In this document: positions 1-7,640 of the stretch, piece after piece
Position numbering within the stretch: position 1 is the first letter of the stretch
Layout of the letters: every line of letters begins with the position of its first letter
Assembly: GCF_006345805.1 (NCBI RefSeq)
Contig: NW_021827678.1
Coordinates: forward strand, 1-9,915
DNA: 9,915 bases
From: Octopus sinensis
Lineage: Eukaryota
Direction: 5' to 3'
Notes under the pieces: model-generated
What the model was told of the DNA's origin: nothing
The model's input: only the letters and a program-made list of their open reading frames with translations
The model's database searches: none
Position numbers and translations under genes: made by a program

Positions 1-877
1 TATTGTCGTTGTTCTGCTCATTCCCGTTCTCCTGTCTTCTTTTTCCCTTTTCCTATTATTATCACAGGTATTACATTTGTTACCGCACCTCATTCTCTTA
101 TTGTTATCACTTTTTCTTGTGGCAGTTGTTATTCCATTGTTTTTGTTTTGTTTTTATTTTCTTACAACAATTGTTGTTTGTGTTGTTGTTCTTGTTCTTT
201 TCGTTGTTATTTTTGTTATATTTATTATTATTATTATTGCTGTTGTTGTGGTTGTTCCTCTTGTTACTTTATTGTTATTTTCGTTATTGTGGTTTGCAGC
301 AATTGTTGTTGTTACTCTTCTTCTTGTGTTAGTTCTTGTTCTTGTTCTTGTGCTTGTTGTTGTGATAGTTATTATTGCTTTTGGTTTTTATTGTGCTGAA
401 TTTTTTGTTATTGTTGTTGTTTTTCTGAACTTTTGATGTGGCAGGCATTATTGTGAGGTCGGACTTGTTCTTGTTGCCGTTGTTGTTGTTGTTGTTGTTG
501 TTGTTGTCTTTGTTATTTTTGTTGTTGATGTTATTTTTGTTGTTGATGTTATTTTTGTTCTTGTCTGTTATTTTTGTTGTTGGTGTTGTCTTTGTTGATT
601 TTGTTGTTTTTTGCTTTTGTTCTTGTCTTTGTTGCTGTTGGTGTTGTTGTTGTCGTTGTTTTTATTGCTGTTGTTTTTATTGCTGTTGTTGCTGCTGTTC
701 TATTTCTCGTTATGTTGTTGTTTTTGTTGCTACTCGTGTTGTCTTTTTATTCGCTTTTACATTTCATTATAATTGTTGCTATTGCATTATTGTTGCATTA
801 TCGCTGCATTATTGTTGCATTATCGCTGCATTATTGTTGCATTATTATTATTATCATTATTATTATTATTATTATTA
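1..877. repeat. Degenerate (GTT)n/(ATT)n trinucleotide low-complexity tract
   Basis: Runs of ttg/gtt and tta/att throughout, ending in near-pure (ATT)n at about 841-877; explains the poly-V/L/C/I/Y ORFs. Confidence 0.95.
784..845. repeat. 11-bp unit tandem array with 22-bp higher-order alternation
   Basis: GCATTATTGTT / GCATTATCGCT alternate: units start at 784, 795, 806, 817, 828, partial unit at 839. Confidence 0.9.
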
Positions 878-883
878 CAACCA

Positions 884-1098
884 GGTGGGTGAGCTGGCAG
901 AATCGTTAGCATGTCGCGCAAAATGCTTAACGTCATTTCGTCTGTATTTACGTTCTGGGTTCAAATTCCGCCGAGGTCAATTTTGCCTTTCATCCTTTCG
1001 GGGTCAATGAATTAAGTAAGAGTCGCAATAGGGGTCGACGTTATGGACCAAAATTTCACGCCTTCTCCCTACAGTGGAAAGGGCTATTATTATATTAT
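884..1098 (+). mobile_element. tRNA-derived SINE, family A, tail type 1
   Basis: A-box-like TGGCAGAATCG near 895, B-box GGTTCAAATTCC 958-969, central TTTGCCTTTCATCCTTTCGGGGTC, short (TAT)n tail. Colinear with the copies at 3917-4148 (-), 5291-5567 and 7035-7236. Confidence 0.9.
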
Positions 1099-1130
1099 CC
1101 TTGCGTTATCGCTGCATTTTTATTGCGAAT

Positions 1131-1455
1131 GCGCATGGCTCAGCGGTTAGAGCGTTAGGCTCACAGTCATTAGGTAGTGAGTTCGATCCCCTGATCGGGC
1201 TGTGTGCTGTGTTGTGTTCTTGAGCAAGACACTTATTTCACGTTGCTCCAGTTCACTCAGCTGTAGAAATGAGTTACAAAGTCACAGGTGCCAAGCTGTA
1301 TCGACCCCTTTGCCTTTCCCTTGGGTAACATCGGTGGCGTTGAAAGGGGAGACTTGTATCCTGCTGGTCTTCCTTAATCAACCTTGCCCGGACCTGCGCT
1401 TTGGAGGGGAACTTTCTAAGTGCAGTCCCATGGTCATTCATGACCGAATGGGGTC
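1131..1455 (+). mobile_element. tRNA-derived SINE, family B
   Basis: A box TGGCTCAGCGG 1136-1146, B box GAGTTCGATCCC 1179-1190, then GTGTTCTTGAGCAAGACACTT...CACTCAGCTGTAGAAATGAGT, resembling CORE/Meta-type SINE central domains (superfamily not certain), and about 190 bp of unique body. Matches an Octopus SINE as recalled, unverified. Confidence 0.8.
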
Positions 1456-1511
1456 ATTGTAGGTTCGATTCCCAGACCGGGCTGTGTGTTGTGTTCTTGA
1501 GCAAGACACTT
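1456..1511 (+). mobile_element. Partial tandem copy of SINE B (B box to start of central domain)
   Basis: GGTTCGATTCCCAGACCGGGCTGTGTGTTGTGTTCTTGAGCAAGACACTT (1462-1511) repeats about 1180-1234 of the adjacent copy. Confidence 0.85.
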
Positions 1512-1964
1512 GGGGGAGGAGGTGGAGGGAAGGAATGAGAAGGGAAGGAGGGGAGGAGGAACTAGATAGTGGTAGTGGTGATTATGATGATAACGACGAT
1601 GATGCTTACAACGATGAGGGCGACGACCACGACAATGATGACGACGAGTAGGAGGAGAGGAGGAAGAGGATGGTGGCTGTGGAGATGACGACGATGATGG
1701 CAATTGTAATGATGGTGAAGATGAAGTCGACGACCCCGACGGAGATGATGATGAAGAGGAGGGTGACGATGATGACGATGACTGTTATGATGATGATGTT
1801 CTTTTGGTGGTGGGGATGACGATTTCGATGATGACAATGAAGAGGACGATGATGATTGTGGTGGTGATGATGGAGATGAGGATAATAATGACGGCATCGA
1901 CAACGATGACGATGATGATACCGGTGGTGGGGATGATTACGACGATGACAACGACGATGACAAC

Positions 1965-2000
<36 letters not shown>

Positions 2001-2100
2001 AACGATGATGATGATGATGATGATGATGACGATGATGATGACGATGATGATGATGATGTTGAGAAAGTGGAAGAAGATGATGCTGACGACCAAGGTGAAC
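1512..2100. repeat. GA-rich purine tract followed by degenerate to pure (GAT)n/(GAC)n array
   Basis: GGA/GGGA tract 1512-1560, then gat/gac/gag triplets, purest at about 1965-2058. Confidence 0.95.
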
Positions 2101-2109
2101 GATTTCTTG

Positions 2110-2350
2110 TAAAACAAAAATAAATACATAAATAAATAAATAAATAAATAAATATATAAATAAAAACCTGCGTCTGATTTGGACTGAATATAAAACGACC
2201 TTTGCAATAATAATAACAATAATAATAATAATTCTTGCCATGATTTTGTTTCTATTTTTTCTCTTTTTCATTTTTGCTTTCTCTTTTCTTTGTTTTTCTT
2301 TTTACTTTTTTTTCAGTTTTCCTTTGCGTCTTTTCTTTTTTTTTTATTTA
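2110..2350. repeat. (TAAA)n, (AAT)n and T-rich low-complexity tracts
   Basis: (TAAA)n about 2120-2165, (AAT)n about 2206-2231, T-rich tract about 2240-2350. Confidence 0.85.
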
Positions 2351-2464
2351 TATTTCCTAAGCTCATAACCAATGAATGCTACGTTATTTTGTAAGATTGA
2401 TTTTTATATATGAAAGGAAATAAAACATACGCAAATATAAATATATAACTACAACAGAAACAGA

Positions 2465-2580
2465 AACATACACACACATACACACACACACACACGAATA
2501 CGAAATGTTAAAGAACAAACAACAACAACAACAAAAACTAGAAAAATAATCACATAAAAACACACATAAAAAATCTAAAA
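2465..2580. repeat. (CA)n and (AAC)n microsatellites in A-rich sequence
   Basis: cacacaca run about 2470-2495, aacaacaac about 2515-2533. Confidence 0.85.
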
Positions 2581-3019
2581 CTATTTAAGAGAGCAGCTGT
2601 ATTGTTGTATACCACCTAAGTAGGTTGGAAAACGCTACAAAGGTCGCTATTTGTCAAACAGAAAGCACGAATATGTGAGTAGGTGGTTTCTTTATGTCCG
2701 TATATATGGCCGTGGAGACGGGTTTCCATGTATAACCGTGTACGTACGTGAGTGTCTGTGTTTATCTGTGTGTGTTTGTCTATTGAGGATATGTATTTGA
2801 AGTGTGTGAGATTTAATACAGATATACCTATGGGTTTTTTTATGTATGTATATTATGGATGTATGATGTGTGTGTAAGATTTTTTTTTATTATTATGTTA
2901 TATAATTATGATTGTATGATGTTATGAAGTTGGGTGTGAATGTATGCAACACGGCAATACAGAGAAAAAATGTGTATGCTTTATTATTTACATATATGTG
3001 TCTACGCTTGTAAATATTT

Positions 3020-3043
3020 CTGTATAAATATATATATACGTAT

Positions 3044-3085
<42 letters not shown>

Positions 3086-3324
3086 AATAGATGGATATAA
3101 TATATATATATATAAATATATATATACAATATATGCAATATATATGCATGTATATACATATATACACATACCTATGCATTTTATGTTTCACAAACGAAAC
3201 AAATGGTACGCAGTATGTTTTACAGTGTATAACTATTTTGATCATGCGCAGTTGTTACTTCAGTCTTTCACCAATCAGAGTTTTTCAAAGTTCGGAAAAA
3301 ATATACTGAACATACCCCCCCCCA

Positions 3325-3355
<31 letters not shown>

Positions 3356-3420
3356 ATGTATATATGTATATGTATGTGAATATATATATATAGATACATA
3401 TATATATGCATATGTATATA
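3020..3420. repeat. Two degenerate (TA)n arrays separated by about 150 bp of unique sequence
   Basis: (TA)n at about 3025-3170 and 3328-3420; source of the poly-YI ORFs. Confidence 0.9.
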
Positions 3421-3695
3421 CAGTAGTTCCTCAGTTTACGAGGATCCGCTTTACGAGACTTCGGGTTTACGAATTTTATTTTAGAATAAATATCAAAGTT
3501 TAATCAATCATTTTGTGTTCGTGCCATCGTCGCCACATGTGGCATCACTGGTTCTGACGCGTCTACATGGTGATGGAGTAAAAGGACGTCATAAAATTTC
3601 ATTGCTACTATGGGAAATTATTGCACACCCTTAAGAGTTTTCGCTTTACGAGCGTTCTCCGGGAACAAATTAATTCGTATATCGAATCATTACTG
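3421..3695. mobile_element. Non-autonomous Tc1/mariner-superfamily (Tigger/pogo-like) MITE, 275 bp
   Basis: TA|CAGTA...TACTG|TA ends (TA at 3419-3420 and 3696-3697). Imperfect TIR CAGTAGTTCCTCAGTTTACGA vs reverse complement of right end CAGTAATGATTCGATATACGA (14/21). Subterminal TTTACGA at 3435, 3450, 3466, 3645. Confidence 0.8.
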
Positions 3696-3916
3696 TATAT
3701 ATTTGTGTATGTGTGTGTGTATAAACATGCATAAATACATTTGTATACAGATATTCCGCACCTCTCCTGTTTCAGCCCCTTAACTTATTTAATTCACTCT
3801 TCTCCTTATTCTTAATATTTCATAACTGCAGTATTGGGTTCTGGATTCTTTTCTCTCCAAAGAAAGACAAGATTCCATTATGTTGCATTCTATGACTCTT
3901 CATGGCCAATATATAT

Positions 3917-4148
3917 TTCTTTATTGCCCACAAGTGGCTAAACATAGAGGGGACAAACAAGGAGAGACAGAAGGATTAAGTCGATTACATCGACCCCGGT
4001 GCGAAACTGGTACTTTATTTATCGACCCCGAAAGGAGGAAAGGCAAAGTCGACCTCAGCGGAATTTGAACTCAGAACGTAATAGCAGACGAAATACCGCT
4101 AAGCATTTCGCCCGGCGCGCAAACGTGTCTGCCAGCTCGCCACCTTCT
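3917..4148 (-). mobile_element. tRNA-derived SINE, family A, tail type 2, with 18-bp TSD
   Basis: A box (plus 4124-4134), B box GAGTTCAAATTCC (plus 4060-4072), AATAAA near the 3' end. Exact direct repeat TTCATGGCCAATATATAT at 3899-3916 and 4149-4166. Confidence 0.95.
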
Positions 4149-4184
4149 TTCATGGCCAATATATATAAGTAAATGTTTGTTTGT

Positions 4185-4272
4185 ATGTATATATAAATAT
4201 ATATGTGTGTGTGTGTGTATGTGTGTGTGTGAGTGTGTGTGTGTGTATGTGTGTGTGTATATATATATATGC
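4185..4272. repeat. (TA)n/(GT)n compound microsatellite
   Basis: Direct inspection. Confidence 0.9.
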
Positions 4273-4390
4273 ATGTATGTCTCTGTCCTTTTACACATTC
4301 CACCATGCAGCTACAACATAGCTACACCTGAGCCGAAATATATATGCATGTGTCTGCTTGTGTGTATGTGTTTGTATTCATACATATATG

Positions 4391-4460
<70 letters not shown>
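4391..4460. repeat. Perfect (GATA)n tetranucleotide array
   Basis: 70 nt of uninterrupted TAGA repeats. Confidence 0.97.
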
Positions 4461-4461
<1 letters not shown>

Positions 4462-4544
4462 CCTTCGCTTAGCTATGAAATCGAATATATATTGAATATT
4501 AAGAAAAGAAAATTAAGAGCTTCTTGTGGAGCATTTAACAAGAC

Positions 4545-5213
4545 AACCCAGGCATGACAATTCCAATTCAAGTTGGCAAAAAAATTACCTCTTAATGAAT
4601 GCTGCTCCTGTAGTATAATATAATTATTATTTTTCCATGTAGAAAAAAAACCATCACGAACATTATTAACCTTCGTAAAAGTTCTGTCACATTCTAACGT
4701 CTTACAAATGACTTTACAGTTTCTGATATTTCCATATACACATACATATATATATATATTTCTTTTTTTTTTTGCAAATTTGTCAGTGAACTTCTTAAGG
4801 ATTCATGAAAGTATTTATGCTGATTAAATCTACTCTTAAAAGGATTTTCAGTCAATCCGATATAATCTTTGGAATCTGATCGTTAGCTCTAAATACTTTC
4901 GCGCAATAAAACGATCTCTTTTCTAAAGACGTAAATTGTTTAATGGATATTTTTACAGGGTTAAAACAATTGCATTATGGGAAGAATTTGATAAAGATAG
5001 CTGTCTAAGATATTTATTCAGTAAAATTTTATGTATAGCGCAACATTTTATGCAAAACTATTAAAACTTTTATAGGAACGGTGTGTGTATTTTTTAGTAA
5101 AATATTTATCTTAATATATGAAAGAACGGCTTACTGATAATTCCAGGCACATTAAAGCTAAGTGGAGCATTAAACCAAGTAATTTTACTTTTTCTATTTT
5201 TCTGTCTGGGAAA
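4545..5213 (-). mobile_element. Decayed Penelope-like retroelement (Neptune-type), linker plus GIY-YIG endonuclease coding remnant
   Basis: Minus-strand translation across frameshifts: RQKNRKSKITWFNAPLSFNV..IISKPFFHIL/DKYF (from 5207), CNCFNPVK/YPLNN, YCAKV, KDYIGLTENPFKSRFNQHK (YIG...HK at 4864-4814), IWK (4737-4729). These match the recalled PLE motif order RK..I.WFNPP.S.NV / CxC..CPL...C / YIG.TE..FK.R...H / LSK.IW. The part below about 4725 is weaker. Confidence 0.85.
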
Positions 5214-5216
5214 TAC

Positions 5217-5228
5217 TATTATTATTGC

Positions 5229-5290
<62 letters not shown>
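5217..5290. repeat. Compound (ATT)n-(AGT)n microsatellite
   Basis: (ATT)n 5217-5259 switches in phase to (AGT)n 5260-5290. Confidence 0.95.
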
Positions 5291-5291
<1 letters not shown>

Positions 5292-5505
5292 GTGAGCTAC
5301 CAAGAATCGTTAGCTTGCCGTACAAAATGGCTTAGCGGCATTTCGTCTACCTTTACGTTCTGTGTTCGAATTCTGTTGTGGTTGACTTTGCCTGTCATGC
5401 TTTCGGGATCGATATAACAAGTGTCACTTGAACGCTGAGGGTCGATATAATCGCGTAGCCCCCTCCACAAAACTTCAGGCCTTGTGCCTATAATTGAAAG
5501 GATTA

Positions 5506-5567
<62 letters not shown>
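5291..5567 (+). mobile_element. tRNA-derived SINE, family A, tail type 1, with long (ATT)n tail
   Basis: Colinear with 884-1098 and 3917-4148: GGTGAGCT..AGAATCGTTAGC, TTTACGTTCTG.GTTCGAATTC, GACTTTGCC, AAAACTTCAGGCCTTGTGCC; (ATT)n 5502-5567. Confidence 0.88.
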
Positions 5568-5570
<3 letters not shown>

Positions 5571-5830
5571 TAGTTTTATTTTTATAGCGAGCTTTCACTT
5601 CACTACCGAGCGCAGCTCTGTGTGCCTTAGGTATGTGCTGTGATTTGTTGTGATGCTCTGATGGTTATTGTATGGAAAGTGTTCTGCGTAGGATGTGTGC
5701 AGTGCCTAGTAGTGCAATTTTCTGTATGTTATATGTGTTTGTAAGTCCTGGTGTTTTTGTTATGTATTTGTCTGAATATTTTTATATCATGCCTAATGCA
5801 CCTATTATGATAGGAATTGTTTCTGTTTTA
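5568..5830 (-). mobile_element. 5'-truncated R4/Dong-like (RLE-type) non-LTR retrotransposon 3' end
   Basis: Minus frame 5829-5665: KTETIPIIIGALGMI*KYSDKYITKTPGLTNTYNIQKIALLGTAHILRRTLSIQ*, with a premature TAA at 5782-5784. This is the C-terminal P.(V/I)(V/I)GALG...QK..LLGTA.ILR..L signature of R4/Dong/Rex6-type RLE elements. About 97-nt 3' UTR, (TAA)n on both sides. Confidence 0.82.
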
Positions 5831-5854
5831 TTATTATTATTATTATTATTATTA

Positions 5855-5898
<44 letters not shown>

Positions 5899-5919
5899 TA
5901 TTATTATTATTATTATTAA
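5830..5919. repeat. (TTA)n microsatellite
   Basis: Near-pure tta repeats with two phase slips. Confidence 0.95.
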
Positions 5920-6049
5920 TATTATGATCACTGAGTATGAGAGTAGTGCATGGCATCAAAGTGACACTGCGGTAAAATATACTAAGCCCAGTATACCCAT
6001 CATGACTGCCCAACTAATAAGGGTACAGCAGGCACATGCATCACAACCA

Positions 6050-6050
<1 letters not shown>
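5920..6050 (-). mobile_element. Probable 3' end of an unclassified interspersed repeat ending in (AAT)n
   Basis: Complex 130-bp island between two microsatellites; minus strand reads ...GTCACTTTGATGCCATGCACTACTCTCATACTC... into (AAT)n. Resembles a recalled Octopus repeat; no second copy in the window. Confidence 0.4.
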
Positions 6051-6083
<33 letters not shown>

Positions 6084-6107
6084 TACACATATATGTGTGT
6101 TTGTGTG
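6050..6107. repeat. (GT)n microsatellite
   Basis: Direct inspection. Confidence 0.9.
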
Positions 6108-6273
6108 GATACGACGTGCTTCCACACGGTTTCCGATTACAAAATTCGCTCACAAGTTATTAATCGTCCTGCTCCTAAAGCAGAAGTTACTTACTGGTGG
6201 CGCCACACAGTGGGATTGTAGATGAAAACACATGATTGGAAATCGAACTCCTTAACGATACAGACATGGCTGC
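6108..6273 (-). mobile_element. Degraded tRNA-derived SINE, family C (CORE-like)
   Basis: Minus strand TGCAGCCATGTCTGTATCGTTAAG...ATCCCACTGTGTGGC...CTTGTGAG...GGAAAC...GAAGCACGTCGTAT aligns loosely, end to end, with a recalled abundant Octopus SINE; pol III boxes eroded. Rests on recall only. Confidence 0.5.
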
Positions 6274-6611
6274 AGCATTGTCCGGTTGTGGACGTTTTTA
6301 TTGCACTGAGCCCGAAGTGCATTCATGCACTTCAATACTGATACAATGCAGACATATGCATTCTAATGCTATCATATATTGATGTAATGTAAACTGATAT
6401 CTTCTGCATCTTTAAATGTATTGAACGTGTATTATGGATCTTCCGTCGGTGCCGACGATGATCAATAAGTTTTTCTATCTCTCTTATAAAATAACTACTC
6501 GTTAGATTAGTGTATAAATGACTGAGTCTAGCATCCTTAATGTTAACCCTGGGCTGCATCCTGTAGATACAATAACTATATATTTCAGTTACATTTGCTG
6601 ATGGTCCAAGC

Positions 6612-6713
6612 AACGTAGAAGCTATACCTGGATCTTCAACACTACACACTATCCAAAAAGTAGCCCTGTTAGGAGCAGCCCACATCCTACGCAAGACACT
6701 TTCAGTTTGATGA
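6612..6713 (+). mobile_element. Second R4/Dong-like RLE retrotransposon C-terminal fragment (different family)
   Basis: Plus frame: NVEAIPGSSTLHTIQKVALLGAAHILRKTLSV** (TGA TGA 6708-6713); 15/18 identical to the 5568-5830 copy over IQK...TLS. An AC-rich putative 3' UTR follows, possibly to about 6960; its end is not defined. Confidence 0.75.
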
Positions 6714-7034
6714 CACAACCTAAGCAAAACAACCCGCAAACACAAGACACACTCTGTACAGCAATTACCCAATGAAATAAGCCTCCACTAGCAAGCTAGA
6801 TAACCAACGCATTATACACTCAACACCCAATACATGCAGTAATACAACAAAAGACTGCACCACACCTTATAATAAGCCTCATAATGTTTCTATTTACATA
6901 ATTTAATGAACAGAGCTTGGGTCAATACAAGGCTGCAGTAAAACAAGTTTCTCAGAGCATTATTAGCCCTTGCTCACATAATGGTGTAAACAGCATTTTA
7001 ATGGTTTGTCAAATGTTACCTTAAAGTGTTGGTG

Positions 7035-7236
7035 AAGGCAACAAGCAAGAAAAATCATTTGCATGCTGGAATAAATGCTGAGCGGCATGTCTTCCGGTTT
7101 TATGTTCAAAGTTCAAATTCTACAGACGTTGAGTTTGTTTACTTGATACAATAACTACTAGTTGAGCAGTGGGGTTCAGTGAATTGTTTTGATCCCTCGC
7201 TCAAAATTCCAAGCCTTTCACTTATATGAGAAAGGG
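7035..7236 (+). mobile_element. Heavily degraded SINE family A, tail type 1
   Basis: AAATGCTGAGCGGCAT, B-box AGTTCAAATTCT 7110-7121, AGTTGAGCAGTGGGGT, CAAAATTCCAAGCCTT, AGAAAGGG in the same order as the other copies, with an internal deletion. Confidence 0.65.
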
Positions 7237-7289
7237 AAGAAAATGTTGTCGTACTTAGTTACATAAATCTACGTTCTGAATAGAAAATG

Positions 7290-7578
7290 TGACTGTGTGT
7301 GTGTGTGAGGGAGAGACAAAGAGGGAAAGAGAGAGGAAGTGTTTGTGTGAGAGACAGAGACAGAGCGTGAGTGTGTGTGTGTATGTGTGTGAGAGAGAGA
7401 GAGACCGTGTGCGTATGTTGATAGGCAGAGAGACAGAACGTGTGCGCGTGTGTGTGTATATGTGTGCGTGTGTATGTGTGTGCGTATGCATGCGCGAGTG
7501 TATATGCATGGTCTTTCGGCGTTTTATTGTCGATAAATAAACAAATAAATAGATAAATAGATGTATGTGCGTGGGTAG

Positions 7579-7609
<31 letters not shown>

Positions 7610-7640
7610 CGTGTTTGTCTTTGTGTGTATACATGTAAAC
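7290..7640. repeat. Mixed (GT)n/(GA)n/(TA)n microsatellites
   Basis: Direct inspection; source of the THTH/VCVC ORFs. Confidence 0.9.

Noticed and set aside
3-1010. Overlapping ORFs of 83-190 aa rich in V, L, C, I, Y
   Set aside because: Open in several frames because GTT/ATT repeats lack plus-strand stops; no domain; the last runs into a SINE.
1131-1195. Possible tRNA gene (A and B boxes, CTCACAG loop)
   Set aside because: No paired acceptor stem at the expected position; it continues into SINE body and is partly duplicated.
1512-1553. Potential G-quadruplex (G-tracts at 1512, 1527, 1542, 1550)
   Set aside because: Long loops, embedded in generic GA low complexity, nothing suggests function.
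1434-2271. His-, Ser-, Ile- and Met-rich ORFs, including a 221-aa poly-His frame
   Set aside because: Translations of the (GAT)n array on both strands.
2362-2390. Candidate 29-nt microexon (T-rich tract, AG at 2360-2361, GTAAG at 2391)
   Set aside because: Such signals arise easily in T-rich DNA; no recognisable peptide or partner exon.
2717-2726. Minus-strand GAAAC-CC-GTC resembling a hammerhead half
   Set aside because: No CUGANGA on either side and no matching stem I.
2893-3503. YI-repeat ORFs up to 187 aa
   Set aside because: (TA)n translations that read on into the MITE.
4940-5063. Plus-strand TTTTACAG acceptor and short open frame (VKTIALWEEFDK...)
   Set aside because: Antisense to the Penelope endonuclease remnant, which explains the sequence better.
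6302-6457. Short hairpins GAAGTGCAT-TC-ATGCACTTC (6314-6333) and CGTCGG-TG-CCGACG (6444-6457)
   Set aside because: No Helitron CTRR end or other context; short enough to occur by chance.
5672-6772. ORFs 5672-6163 (+) and 6332-6772 (-) sharing ESVLRRM
   Set aside because: Both are antisense shadows of the two Dong-like C termini.
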